Part shown: positions 1 to 13,016 of the stretch, piece after piece
Position numbering within the stretch: the first letter of the stretch is position 1
Layout of the letters: the number at the start of each line of letters is the position of its first letter
Assembly (NCBI GenBank): GCA_963845755.1
Contig: CAWJTV010000033.1
Coordinates: 256,001 to 320,000, forward strand
DNA from: an uncultured Planctomycetota bacterium
GTDB taxonomy: Bacteria > Planctomycetota > Planctomycetia > Isosphaerales > Isosphaeraceae
Reading direction: 5' to 3'
Length of the DNA: 64,000 nucleotides
Notes under the pieces: generated by a model
The model's input: the letters and a program-made list of their open reading frames with translations, nothing else
Told to the model about the DNA's origin: nothing
Databases searched by the model: none
Program-made: the position numbers and the translations under genes

Positions 1-2934
1 AGCCGACATGGAAGTCGTCCCAGGGTTTCGCGTCCCAGCCGGCCAGGAGCGCCTGCGGCCAGTCCATGCCGTGGCCGTCCAGGAACGCGCGCCATTCCGG
101 GTCGTCCATCCCGGTCGCCATTGAGATCATGGCGAAGCGGTCGGTGCGCCCGGAAAGTTCCCGATGAAGCGCTCGCAGCCCGGGAATCGCACGGATGCAC
201 GGGCCGCATTTCGGCCCCCAGAAATGGACCAGCACGACCTTGCCCCGATGATCGGCCAGGGCGAATCGCATGCCGTCGCGCGTCGTGACCGAGAACTCGG
301 GAGCGCGCTGGCCGACCTTCGCGTAAGAGATCTTCGCGCCCTGGTACAACTCACTGATCTGATCGAACGGCTGGATCGTGTGGAGCGACGGCAACTTCGA
401 TCTCAGATCCCGGATGGCTTCTCCCGACACGGTCTTCGTCTCGAGGCCCAGCATCCGTAGCGATGTCAGCACCTCCAGGTGTCGCACTCCTTCGTCGCTG
501 ATCCGGCCGCCGATGACCAGGAAATCCAGATGCTTCATGCCGGACAGGGCCGCGAGTCCCTTATCGGTCAGGTGAGGGTCCCGGAGTCTCAGGTCAGTCA
601 TGGCGGTCAGGGGCGCAAGGTGTTCGAGAACTTCGTCGGTGATCCGGCCGTCGTACTCGAACTTCTCCAACCGCGTCAGGCCGGAGAGATAGGCGAACTC
701 CGCCGGTTCGAAGTCGATGCCGTCGCGCGGCGGGCGCCGCCCCTCCACCTTGGGCAGATCGAGCCAGGTGAGGGACTTGAGGTTCCGGAAGGGCCGGAGC
801 GTCGGCCGGCCGGGCTTCGGCGACATCTGGTAAAGGTGAAGCTCCTTGAGATTCGGAAACTTGTCGAGCTGGGCCAGGTCGTCGAAGGTCAGGGATTCAT
901 CGCTCAGGGTGAGCGATTCCAGGGAGGGCGCCTGGCTCAGGGCCGCGAGCCCGGCTCCGTCGAGCGCGCTGCCCCACAGATGGAGCCGCTTCAGGGTCTT
1001 GATGCGGCTGAGCGCGAGCATGCCCTTCCGCGTGATCGTTCCCTGGGAGCTCGCGAGCTGGAGATCCTCGAGCATTGGCAGCGTGGCGAGCGGGGCCAGT
1101 CCGGCGTCGCCGTACGTGCCGCTGCTGAGATGAAGTTGCTTGAGCGTGCTCATCCCGGCCAGCCGAGCCAGTCCGGCATCCGTGAACTGACCGTATCCCA
1201 AGCTGAGACTCTCGAGGGCCGGCAGTTGGGCCAGGTGAGCCAATCCTTCTTCGGTGAAGGAGTTCCCACCGGCTCCCAACCCCTTGAGCTTCTTCAGGCC
1301 GGTGAGGTGCGCCAGTCCGGCGTCGTTGGCGCCGGTCGAGTCGAACCTCAGGCTCTGGAGTTCCGCCAGCCCACCGACGACCTCGAGACTGGCATTGGTC
1401 GCCTTGGTATAGCTGTAACTGAGCGATCCGAGCCTCTTGAGATCCTTGAGGTAACCGATTCCCTGATCGGTGATCTCGGTCATGCCGAGATCGAGACTCA
1501 CGAAGGACGTCATGGTGCCCACGGACCGGAGTGCCTCGTCCGTGATCCGGGAGCGGAACAAACGGAGGTTGCGGAGGTGTCGTAAGCCCGCGATGTGGCG
1601 GATCCCCTCGGCCCCGATCAGGCTGTCGCTGAGGGAGATCGACTCGAGCCGTTCCAGTCCGGCCAGGGGTTTGAGGCCCTCATCGGTGATGAAGTTACCG
1701 CTGAGGACAATCTCCTTCAGACCCTTCAAGTGTTCCACATGATGGAGGGCATCGTCGCGTGCGCCGAGGTGATCGAGCCTGAGCGACTGAATCGCATCAG
1801 GTGCGAGTTGATCCAGCGGCGAGAGGTCTGCGATGGCCGCCTTGCTCAGGTCGAGTCGAATCAATCCCCTGGCCGGGAGCCGCACCCCGCCCCGGGCGTC
1901 GCCGATCCGTCGCCAGGGATCTGTCACCAACATGGGGGATAGGTCGAGCTCGTCAGCATCCTGCATGTAAAGGATTCCCAGGGCGCGGTCGTCAGGAAAT
2001 CGGATCGTTCGGCCCACCGGCAGGCTTCGCCGAGCGTCGAGATCGGGCGGTTGAAGGTCCTGCCGTTCACCCCGCGCCAGGACTCCCGCGCCGACGGTCG
2101 CGATCGCGCCGGCCGTGAGAAGGATCATCGCGGCGGTCCTGAGCCTGGCACGGAACATGGCCCGGAGTGCCGCGTCGGTCCACGCGAGGGCCCGGGCCGA
2201 GGTCGCTCCGGCGGCGAGGGCGTCGAGCGTGAGGGATCTCATCGAGCTTCGGATGGTCGTCTGGAGCAGTTCCGGCGCGATCGCGGCATGCATTGGAGTT
2301 GGAAATACTGCGGCGGCGAGCCCAGCAACCGACAGGGAAACACCGCGCCGGACCAGTCGCGACCGCAATCGAGCTCGGGCGCGGGAGAGACGCGCCAGAT
2401 GGTCCCCACCGGACACCCCAATCGCCGCGCCGCCGCGTCGGTGAACAAACCCTCCAGGTGGCAGAGAACGACCGGGATCCGGTAGCGTTCGGGGAGCCGG
2501 TCGAGCTCATCGAAAAGGATGGCGATCTCGTCGCTGCCGGGGCGTTCGGCGTTCTCCGAGGCGATCCGCCCGGCGTATTGCTCAGCGCCCCGGCGTTCTA
2601 CCTGGCGGCGCCGGGCGGATTCGGTGCCCGCGCGGACGGCGATTCGATAGGCGACCCGGCACAGCCAGCTCGCGAGCGAGTCGCCGCCGCGGATCGAAGC
2701 CGCCTTGCGGGCCAGCACCAGGAACGTGGCCTGGAACGCATCATCCGCATCGTTCGAGTCGGATAGCACGCTACGGCAAACATTGAGAACCAAAGGAGCG
2801 TGCCGGCCCACCAGCACCTCGAGAGCCATCCGATCGCTTCGCGACGCGAACCGCTCCAGCAACTCGAAATCCGAAAGGCCCGTCAACGTCCCCGAGGCGA
2901 ACAATGTGGCAAGCCCGGCCTGAACGGGATCCAT
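1..2934 (-). CDS. ECF sigma factor fused to a TM segment, leucine-rich repeats and a C-terminal TlpA/thioredoxin-like domain; 1-nt frameshift near 2393; runs off the left edge
   Basis: ORF 2239..2964 gives sigma regions 2/4 (DADDAFQATFLVL, LPERYRIPVVLCHLEG, LGCPVGTIW). One added G continues it into ARLSRARARLRSRL and hydrophobic AAMILLTAGAIATVGAG. Manual minus-strand translation then gives LRRs (LKGLKEIVLSGNFITDEGLKPLAGL) and APEFSVTTRDG..GKVVLVHFWGPKCGPC. Confidence 0.8.
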
Positions 2935-3124
2935 TGGCAAACCCTCGCTTTTTCCCCGAGACAACCCTCAGGATGATCTCCTTCATAAGAGGCGGGAAGG
3001 ACGCGTTGGCTTGCATACCGATCGGGTATTGGGCTGAGATTTCCATAACCGGTCTTGGTGGCAGATTACGTTAAGACGCCAGAAATGGACGAGAAATGCC
3101 AGGTGCCGTTGCAGGGCCTGTGGC

Positions 3125-3355
3125 TCATCCCTCCTCGGCCAGCCGGATCGCCGTCAACCGGCGGTCGGCATTGGTCAGGAGATAGAAGCCCCTATCCTCG
3201 TGCCTGTAATCGCTGAGGATCGGTTGCCCGTCGCGGATGGGACGAGCCTCGGTGGCGTGCCGTTTGATTGCCTCGATCATAACGGGCCGAGGGACGTGAG
3301 TCAGGAAGTCAGGCGAGGCAATGATGGCTCCCAGGCGGAAGAGTGCGGTTTGCAT
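3125..3355 (-). CDS. Small plasmid/ICE-type hypothetical protein (76 aa)
   Basis: GGAG RBS before ATG 3355. MQTALFRLGAIIASP..RHA..ILSDY..FYLLTNADRRLTAIRLAEE resembles the small 'F.LG.IVATP...ILSAY...ITEADRS.T' mobile-element proteins. Confidence 0.55.
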   Translation of the reverse strand: MQTALFRLGAIIASPDFLTHVPRPVMIEAIKRHATEARPIRDGQPILSDYRHEDRGFYLLTNADRRLTAIRLAEEG

Positions 3356-3737
3356 GGCGAGGTCTCCGTACTTGGGTCGCCGTGCCGGCGTTGAAAGAAA
3401 TCGATAAAGCAACAATGCAATCGCAAGCATTGAGTCTAACTTGGCAACAAACCTGCTAGCAAGCGGTGCGCCAGATAAAGGAGAAAGGAGGGCTGTTCCT
3501 TGCGGTTCACGGTCCGGCGGCTCAGGACTGGGATCGCATTGCTCGCCGTCCTCCTCCTGGGGGAGCGAATCCGGGAGCAGTGGGTCTTCTACTCCGCACA
3601 ACCCATCTTGTCTGCACCTGTTCCCGCCACGATTCCGCCAACGTCGGCATGCCATGGGCGAGCGATTTGTAGATTGCACCGATTGGCGATTCATCTTCGA
3701 GTTTCCGATCATCTCCTCCATTCTTGGGAGCTCTCCG

Positions 3738-3971
3738 ATGAACAGCCGAGAGATCGTTTCGATGCAATATCCCGAAGCACAATCGGTGGAAGAATCGCTG
3801 AGATTTTGGCGATCCCCACGGCCTGAACGAGGACACTGGTTCGTGTACGCGGGGCCAGAATTGGACGCTCGCGTATTGGGTCGAGGCATTACCGAGGCCC
3901 AGGCTTGGGCTGACGCTTCCCGGAGATTTGGAAAGGCCAAACGAAGAGTGAAGTTGCTTGTCGCGCGCTGA
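3738..3971 (+). CDS. Small hypothetical protein (77 aa), phage/MGE-like
   Basis: GGGAG before ATG 3738; MNSREIVSMQYPEA..WFVY..VLGRGITEAQAWADA is a protein-like 3' part of ORF 3441..3971. Confidence 0.4.
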   Translation: MNSREIVSMQYPEAQSVEESLRFWRSPRPERGHWFVYAGPELDARVLGRGITEAQAWADASRRFGKAKRRVKLLVAR

Positions 3972-4293
3972 TTGAACGCTTCCGCCCGCTTGAGGGTGGT
4001 CGGGGCATCGCTGTTTTCGGAGCGGCTCTCATCGCTCGGTAGGCTCATTGGCGTCCGTTCAGACTCATGGATGTCAGAGGATTCTCCGCGCCGTCGGCGA
4101 GTCCGAACTGCTGCTAGGCCTTCTGGACTTCCCGCATCAGGCCCGCACCGACAGTGTACCCGTTTGACAGTCTTTTCCTCCCCGTTGCAATTGTCTTCCT
4201 CCGGGTCCATCCTAGAGAGACCATGGGGCGTGCATCGCCGCGCCCCGAACGAACGAGCAGACCGATCGAGGGCATCAACGGGGAGCGACCATC

Positions 4294-5658
<1,365 letters not shown>

Positions 5659-5820
5659 TGGTGGATTGAGGGAAGTCGTCGTCAGAGACGGTCGTTGTCC
5701 GATCGGCGTTTCGGGGGAAATTCGATGCGGTTGATCTAACGGAGTCGGCTAAGAACCGCTTGTGATCTTCGATGTAAGCGTGGATTGCCTCGCACAGCGG
5801 CAGCGGCTTCGGTTCCTCGG

Positions 5821-6036
5821 TCATGACTGAACTCCTCTCGCAATGCGTTTCTTCAGCCTCCGATGCTCGATGATGAGCAGCCTCGACTCGTTCTCCGGCA
5901 CTTTGTTCAGCGCCTCCCAATTCCTGACCGTGCGTTCGGTGCGGTTGGTGATCCGCGCCACCTCGAACCGCCAGCGATCCTTGCTGTGATCGGGGAGGAA
6001 GTCCTCCCCGATCTGCTGCATCTCGGCGGCGTTCAT
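5821..6036 (-). CDS. Small HTH (Cro/XRE-like) protein
   Basis: EVARITNRTERTVRNWE helix-turn-helix pattern; ATGA overlaps with both upstream and downstream ORFs. Confidence 0.55.
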   Translation of the reverse strand: MNAAEMQQIGEDFLPDHSKDRWRFEVARITNRTERTVRNWEALNKVPENESRLLIIEHRRLKKRIARGVQS

Positions 6037-6693
6037 GCAGCCTCGTCGTCTTCGCCGACGTTCTCGAAGGTCTGAGAGGCGTAGCCATACTCCTTCGGGT
6101 CGCACCGTGGGTTCAAGTCGAACCAGAGCTTGACGCCTTCTGCGTCTTCCAATTCCTGCTCGTCAGCCAACCTGCCCTCCAATGTATTTCACGATGCCGG
6201 CATTCCGGCCCTTATCCTCGTCGGCATACTCCAGAGTGATTTCTACCTCGGGAAACTTTGCGGCTATCGCTTCGAGCACTGAAGTCGGCGCGGCCCATGC
6301 CGTTTCGAAGTCGATCACATGATCCGAAAGCCGCTTATGATCGTATGCGTTCCATTTCGTGCCCCACTTGGCAATGCCCCAGTCGTACCAATCCGAGAAT
6401 CCGGTCTTGGCTATTTCCCGCAGCTCGTGGCTGGTCAGCAGGCGATCGGGCTTCTTATTCGGATCGTTATCATCCACGCTATTATCAGTCCACCAAGTGG
6501 AAACGCGTTGACCTTCTATCGTGTTGGAGCCTCTGCCAACGTTTTTCAAGACCTCGGGCATGGGGATGATTTTGTCGAAGTCGATCAGCCGTTCTTTGCC
6601 GTCGGCGTATATGCCTTTGATGGCGTCGAAGACCTTCGAGACTTTGCCGGGGTCGCCTAAAATTGTGAGCCGATTTGAAATGTGATTTGGCAT
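6033..6693 (-). CDS. YubB/DUF1281 ferredoxin-like fold protein (plasmid/ICE/phage); frameshift near 6175
   Basis: MPNHISNRL, IDFDKIIPMP, DWYDWGIAKWGTKWNA, FETAWAAP, FPEVEITLEYADED. GGAGG RBS. Removing one G gives an acidic tail ending in an ATGA overlap with the HTH gene. Confidence 0.8.
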
Positions 6694-6799
6694 GTGCCCT
6701 CCTTGGTTTTGCGAGTCGGGCCTCATTGCCTGACAAGAGAACATTGGTTGAAATGATTTCCATTGCAAAGGAAAATGTTTCACAAAAATCAAACAAAAT

Positions 6800-6985
6800 A
6801 AACCCACCCGCAGACGGTGCGGCCTTGCTCGGTAAAAGCCCCATCCCCCCATGAATGCAGGCGCGCAGCGCCACTTGGACGCGAAGCGTCCGGCGGAGCG
6901 CGATAGGGATCGTTACCTTTGGCGGAGACTCGAAGAGGCTCCGTGAGCGCAGCGAGTAGAGCCCGACCCGGTAGAGATCGCCCAA
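6800..6985 (-). promoter_or_regulatory. Structured GC-rich element upstream of the YubB operon, resembling conjugative leading-region ssDNA promoter/ssi elements
   Basis: Nested hairpins GGACGCGAAGCGTCC, GGGATC..GATCGCCC, GGAGACTCGAAGAGGCTCC, next to an AT-rich promoter-like tract (6745-6800). Confidence 0.4.
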
Positions 6986-7094
6986 ACCTGGATTTTTACT
7001 GTACGCCCGTTGACTTCTCGCCGATAAATTGTTCCAATCCCCGAATCCGGCGGCCCGGACGGCAACCACCAGCGGCAAGATAAGGACAGCAGAG

Positions 7095-7505
7095 ATGACG
7101 GATACGATTCCGAAATGGCAGCGCGTGACCGGATGGGTGCTCTCGGGCATCCTCGCCCTCTTGTTCCTGCCTAGCGCCTTCTTCAAGATCGCGCAACCCA
7201 AGGGCTTCATCGAGGAGTGGTCCAAGACCTATCCCGCCGGCTCCGCCCTGCCGCTAGGGGTCATCGAGCTGACGCTGTTTGTCCTCTACCTCGTCCCGAA
7301 GACGCGCTACCTCGGCGGCCTCCTCATGCTCGCCTACCTGGGCGGCGCTGTGGCGACCCACCTACACGCCAACGACGGGATGTTCTTCGTGCCGGTCATC
7401 GTCGGCATCGTCGCGTGGCTCGGGCTGTATCTGCGCGACCGCAAGCTCCGCGCCCTCGTGCCGCTCGTGGCTGAGAGCGTGTCTGTGAATTCCCGAACGG
7501 CGTGA
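7095..7505 (+). CDS. DoxX family membrane protein
   Basis: Four hydrophobic segments, LGVIELTLFVLYLVPKTRYLGGLLMLAYLGGAVATH. Confidence 0.9.
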   Translation: MTDTIPKWQRVTGWVLSGILALLFLPSAFFKIAQPKGFIEEWSKTYPAGSALPLGVIELTLFVLYLVPKTRYLGGLLMLAYLGGAVATHLHANDGMFFVPVIVGIVAWLGLYLRDRKLRALVPLVAESVSVNSRTA

Positions 7506-7618
7506 ATGGGGCGTGCGCGACACGCGAGCGATAAAATCCGATTTTTTCTGTCGAATGCGAGGAACGCCATTCGACCACTTTAGTGGACAGTCACCATCCA
7601 AGTGTCCAGGAGCCAAAT

Positions 7619-8473
<855 letters not shown>

Positions 8474-8542
8474 GGAAGCTGAACAGCTTTACGGCAATCG
8501 AGCGTCCTAGCAGGCAAAACATCCAACAGACGGAGACTCACA

Positions 8543-9122
8543 ATGAGAAAGATCAGGATCTTCGAACATATCTCGCTGGACGGCGTGATCGCTCCGCCCG
8601 GAGACAGCGACTTCGCGAATGGCGGATGGTCGGCACCGTATCGAACTCCGGCCGGGGCAGCGGCCCTCGCCGAGAGCACAGGGCAAGAGCTTCGATCTGC
8701 TGCTTGGCCGCCGCACCTACGATCAATGGGCCGGCTTCTGGCCGAAGGTCAAGGACGGTCCGTTCGCGGACGGTCTGAACGCCGCGACGAAATATGTCGC
8801 AACCCACAGGCCGGAGAGCCTCGAATGGGGTCCGGTCGGCGACCTCGGCGCGGACATCATGGAGGGGATTCGCGGCATCAAGTCAAAGGACGGCCCCGAC
8901 CTGATCGTCTGGGGAAGTTCGACGCTGACGTCCGTGCTGCTCGAACAGGGACTGGTCGACGAGGTTGTGCTGATCGTCTACCCGGTCTTGCTGGGCCGGG
9001 GCAAACGCTTCTTTTCGGACAGTGCCGACCCGCGCGAACTCGCTTTCGTCAGCACGAAGGCCACGCCCACGGGCGTGCTCATGAACACTTATCGGTACGT
9101 TGGGTCGCTGCTGCCGAAGTGA
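8543..9122 (+). CDS. Dihydrofolate reductase/RibD C-terminal family protein; frameshift near 8675
   Basis: HISLDGVIAPPG in ORF 8543, then LLLGRRTY, WGSSTL, LVDEVVLIVYPVLLGRGKRFF in ORF 8619..9122. Confidence 0.88.
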
Positions 9123-9173
9123 GCGGCTGAGCCGGCGCCAATAACCGAGAGACTGAGGCAAGGACGGAATCCA

Positions 9174-9545
9174 ATGAACATTCTATTGTGGGTCCTGCAG
9201 GTGCTCGCCGCGCTCCTGTACGGAGCGTCGGGAATCATGAAGGCCTTCATGTTCGAGAAGGTCAGCCATGACGTCCCTTCCTTCGGCGCGTTGCCGCGGG
9301 AAGCCTGGAAGACCCTGGGGATCATGGAGCTCATCTGCACGGTCGGGCTGATCGTCCCTTCCGCCCTCCGCTGGTGGCCTGCTCTCACGGTGGTTGCCGC
9401 CACGATTCTGGCGATCGAAAGCCTCGTGTTCATCGGGGTGCACGCCAAGTACCGCGAGATTGCGCCCATTATTCTGTGCAGCGTTCTGGGCCTCGTCATG
9501 GCGTTCATCGCGTGCAGCCGGATGGTCCTGATGCCGATCATCTGA
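9174..9545 (+). CDS. DoxX family membrane protein
   Basis: MNILLWVLQVLAALLYGASGIMK, LGIMELICTVGLIVP. Confidence 0.88.
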   Translation: MNILLWVLQVLAALLYGASGIMKAFMFEKVSHDVPSFGALPREAWKTLGIMELICTVGLIVPSALRWWPALTVVAATILAIESLVFIGVHAKYREIAPIILCSVLGLVMAFIACSRMVLMPII

Positions 9546-9627
9546 CCGGCGACCAGTTCGAACCCTCAACCCGTCGGGCCGATCGATGATGCTGGCCCTG
9601 GCTGCCTCAATGAATCTCCCGGTACAT

Positions 9628-9665
9628 GGGGAGGAAAACGGGGACAGGAGGAAAACGGGGACCGT
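9628..9665. repeat. Stuttered GGAGGAAAACGGGGAC repeat abutting the IS3 left end
   Basis: Two tandem copies; GGGGAGGAAAACGGGGACA (9628-9646) recurs exactly at 26021-26039. Confidence 0.7.
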
Positions 9666-10948
9666 TGGCCTGCCCCCCAAAACCTGGTCCAGTCTTAATG
9701 GGAATCGTACAACTGGCAGAGAGCCAGGGAGCGACCCATGCGAAAACGACCCCGACCGGACCAGATTGCATCCATCCTTCGAGGCTTCCAGGCCGACCTC
9801 GACGCCGGCTTGACCCTCCACCAGGCCTGCCGCAAGGCCGGCATCGGACCCACCACCTACGACCGCTGGAAGGCCCTCCAGGAGGACCCCGTATCAAGTG
9901 AACAACTTCGCATTTCAGAACTCGAAGCCGAGGTCGATCGGCTCAAGCTCTTGGTCGCCGAGCTGGCGCTCGACCGCCGTATGCTCCAGGAGGCCTTGAA
10001 AAAAAGCCATGACCGCCCTCAGACGCCGTCTGATCGTCAACGAATTATGTGAAGAATTCCACGTGTCTCAACGTCGCGTGGCGCGGTGCTGGACCTGGCC
10101 CGGTCCGGCCTCTGCTACGCGCCGGTCGTGCGCGATGAGCAGACGGCGTTGGCGCGACGCATCGAAGGACTGGCCGGGGACCACCCGCGGTTCGGCTACC
10201 GGCGGATCTGGGTCCTGCTCGATCGCGAGGGCTGGACGGTCAACAAGAAAGCCGTGCGTCGCCTCTATCGCGAGCTGGGGCTGAGAGTGGCTGTACCGCG
10301 GCCCAATCCCAAGCCGCGCCGCCCGCATGGACAGGACCAGAACGCCTGCCATCTCCGGCCCTCGCGCGGCAAAGACGACGTATGGACATGGGACTTTATC
10401 TTCGATCGTACTAGCGACGGTCGCAGTCTCAAGTGGTTGAGCATTATTGATGAATATACTCGAGAATGTCTGGCGTTGAAGGCGCGCCGGAACATGACGG
10501 CCGAGGACATCCGGGCCATCCTGGCCGAGGTCGCGGCCGGTCGCGGCGGCTCGCCCTACCGGAGGCGGAGCGACAACGGACCGGAGTTCGTTGCCGAAGT
10601 CGTGCGGTCGTGGCTGGAGGACACCGGCTCCGGGACCTGGCCCGTGGCGCCGGGCAGCCCCTGGCAGAACGGCTATGCGGAGTCGTTCATCGCAAGGTCC
10701 GTGACGAGTTCCTGAACCGCGAGGAGTTCGAGAGCGAACCGCAGGTCATGGCCTTGGGCGCGCTCTGGAAGGAGGAGTGCAATACCGAACGCCCGCACAG
10801 TTCTCTGGGATACCAGACACCGGCCGAATTCGCGGCCACTTGTGAGAGGTATGTGCCTATCAATGAAGACCTGCCCGATCCCTCGTCTGCTGTATCAACG
10901 AACAGGTGATTCCCATTATCACTGGACCGAGAAATGGGGAGCAGGCCA
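9666..10948 (+). mobile_element. IS3 family insertion sequence, 1283 bp
   Basis: 41-bp terminal inverted repeats TGGCCTGC..GGTCCAGT..TAATGGGAATC (33/41 match), TG...CA ends; no target duplication visible. Confidence 0.92.
9738..10909 (+). CDS. IS3 transposase OrfAB (A7G programmed frameshift at 9999-10006; extra indels near 10080 and 10690)
   Basis: OrfA HTH/leucine zipper; OrfB HPRFGYRRI, VWTWDF, IIDEYTREC, RSDNGPEF, GSPWQNGYAESF, RPHSSLGYQTPAEF. Confidence 0.9.
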
Positions 10949-10995
10949 AAAAAAGACGATGAAGCTGAATCGGTCCACGCAATAGGAAGACCATG

Positions 10996-11050
10996 GCCGG
11001 GTAGACCTGGGTGCGCGCCCCCCAATCCCCTCACAGATCCCGACGTGCGC
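10996..11050 (-). ncRNA. Group II intron 3' remnant (3' half of domain V plus domain VI)
   Basis: Minus strand GCGCACGTCGGGATCTGTGAGGGG...CCCAGGTCTACCCGGC matches the DV 3' strand, DVI and terminus pattern; 5' strand of DV and the RT ORF are absent. Confidence 0.65.
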
Positions 11051-11540
11051 GTCAAGTCCTCATCCGAGAACTGTCATCTCGTGCCTCTCTCCTTTCTTAC
11101 CCCGGTGGACCGTGTGCGTCGGAGCATCCAGACCCCGACTTCTAGGTAGCGACCTTTCAACTCGTGCTGGAGCAACGCAACTGCTAAGAGACGATGATCG
11201 GAACGCTTGGCAGCTTGAGCCGTTAGAAGCGTTCTAGTTTCTCCTTTCAACTGAGCGGATCGCGATCGGGAAGCCAATCTGCGTCGCCCTCGAGCCGAAG
11301 CCCGATCGCGAACTAATCGCCGTGCGGCCAATTCGCCGGAACAAGGGTGAGACGGCTATCAGTCAGCCCTGAGAAATCCGCCCCTCGGGCGGTAGGCCGG
11401 CACGCGGAAGCCGCGTGGATGGCGACCGAGGGCCGGCAAAGGCCGTAAGGGGACGGGCTCGAAGGCGGCTTCGAGTGCGACCGCTATCAGACCCTGAAGA
11501 ACCCGGCTGAACCTGGAACACGCCCACCCGCCACCGGCGG

Positions 11541-13016
11541 CTAACTGCTGTCCAGTCGGATCTGGATCGGCCCGGCTCCGGCCGGCTCGAAGACCTCGTC
11601 CGGCCAGTGTCGAAACCGCAGGCTCTCCAACAATCGTTGCGCCATGTTCTTCAACGAGCCGAACAGCTCCACGGCCGTTCGCTTCCCCTGCTCTTGGGCC
11701 AGGTGCCGCAACAGGCTCCCCTTCTCCACCAGTTGCAACAGCAGATGGGCGATCTGCAACAGGAAATAGTAGGCCGGCCAGCATCTGTGGCTGTAGGCAT
11801 GTTCCAGGTTCAGGCCACTGTTCTTCTGGGTGTTAAATCCCTCGTTCTCCTCGCGCCAGCGTGCCCTCCCTCCGTTGGTCGCTACTTCCACCACAGTCTC
11901 GTGGCTCAAATCCAGAGAGGTCACCCACGACCATTCCGTCTGCTTTCCCTCCTTGCCCGTCTCGGTGCACTCCAGAGCGTTGATGGTCCAGTCCCGACCA
12001 TCACTGTCCCTGTAGTGCAGGCCGTTGATCCAGCGATAGACCTGCCGGACCCCTTGCGGCGTCATCCGTTCCACGCGCTGGTCGGGACACAACCGCAGCA
12101 ACCCCTGGAAATCCTCCCAGAGGGCGGGAAGTCGTCCAGGCTGAAACGTGTAAATGTAGTCGCATCGATAATCTTTGGCGACCTGGAATCCTTCTCCGCA
12201 GGCATACAGGCCGTCACCGCCGAGGCAAATCCGCAACTGCGGGAACTCGATCCGCAACTTCTCCACCAGGCGTCGCAAGGCCTTCAACTCGCAATCCTGC
12301 TTGATCCGTTCCGCGCTGGCACCCGCTGGGGCACTGGCGACGTCGTGGTTGTCGATGAACTCACTGGCGATCGAGATGACCGTGCCGGCCGGCCCCAGCA
12401 CCTTGGCCTCCAGCACCTGGTGCATATATAGCGTCGTCTCACCGTGCCGCTGGGTCAGGCAATCGTCGCAATGCCGGGAGTGAAACACCAGATAGCCCGA
12501 GCCGTCAATCAAGACGACGAACCGCCCCTGCAGCCGCGCCGCGTCCAGAGCCTTCATGCGGATCAACCGCTGGACCATCCGCTGCCGCAACCCGGCGATG
12601 GGGTCGGGGCCGATTTTCCCCAGGAAGTACTCCAAGGTCTGGTTCACCGGCCGGCTCTCTTGCGCCGTACCCGCCAGACGATTGAGATTGGGCAGGACCT
12701 CCGGGCCGTCGGTGTTCAACTGGTAGTCCAGTTGGCGCCGGCTGCTCAACTTGCACAGGAACAAACTCAGCCCCCACCACAGCAGGAACCGCTTGTGGTA
12801 GATCACCAAGGGGGCAAACCGCGGGTCATCGATCGCATCGATCCAGGTGTTGAGATCGGGGAAGAAGTGACCCAGGGTTCGCACCAGGATAGGTCCGATG
12901 TTCAGCGTCGTCCCCGCCGCCGCTTTCGGTGCGAGACGTGGCCCTGGATCAAGGCCAGGGTCAACTGGCTGATTTCGTGGATCAGGCCTTTGAGACGTTG
13001 GTGTTCTTGCACCCAT
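11541..13016 (-). CDS. DDE transposase (ISNCY/ISAs1-like); true start uncertain, probably near 12905
   Basis: VLIDGSG, KQDCELKA, GDGLYA, GRARWREENEGFNTQKNSGLNLEH. Confidence 0.88.
   Translation of the reverse strand: MGARTPTSQRPDPRNQPVDPGLDPGPRLAPKAAAGTTLNIGPILVRTLGHFFPDLNTWIDAIDDPRFAPLVIYHKRFLLWWGLSLFLCKLSSRRQLDYQLNTDGPEVLPNLNRLAGTAQESRPVNQTLEYFLGKIGPDPIAGLRQRMVQRLIRMKALDAARLQGRFVVLIDGSGYLVFHSRHCDDCLTQRHGETTLYMHQVLEAKVLGPAGTVISIASEFIDNHDVASAPAGASAERIKQDCELKALRRLVEKLRIEFPQLRICLGGDGLYACGEGFQVAKDYRCDYIYTFQPGRLPALWEDFQGLLRLCPDQRVERMTPQGVRQVYRWINGLHYRDSDGRDWTINALECTETGKEGKQTEWSWVTSLDLSHETVVEVATNGGRARWREENEGFNTQKNSGLNLEHAYSHRCWPAYYFLLQIAHLLLQLVEKGSLLRHLAQEQGKRTAVELFGSLKNMAQRLLESLRFRHWPDEVFEPAGAGPIQIRLDSS

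Noticed and set aside
479..1942. Long plus-strand ORFs (368 aa and 115 aa)
   Set aside because: Antisense shadows of the minus-strand LRR gene.
3500..3826. ORF beginning RFTVRRLRTGIALLAVLLLG (planctomycete-type N-terminal motif)
   Set aside because: TTG start, similarity fades after ~35 aa and it overlaps a better ORF; at most a small remnant.
3125..4210. 361-aa minus-strand ORF
   Set aside because: Only the last 76 aa have an RBS and protein-like sequence; the rest looks like non-coding read-through.
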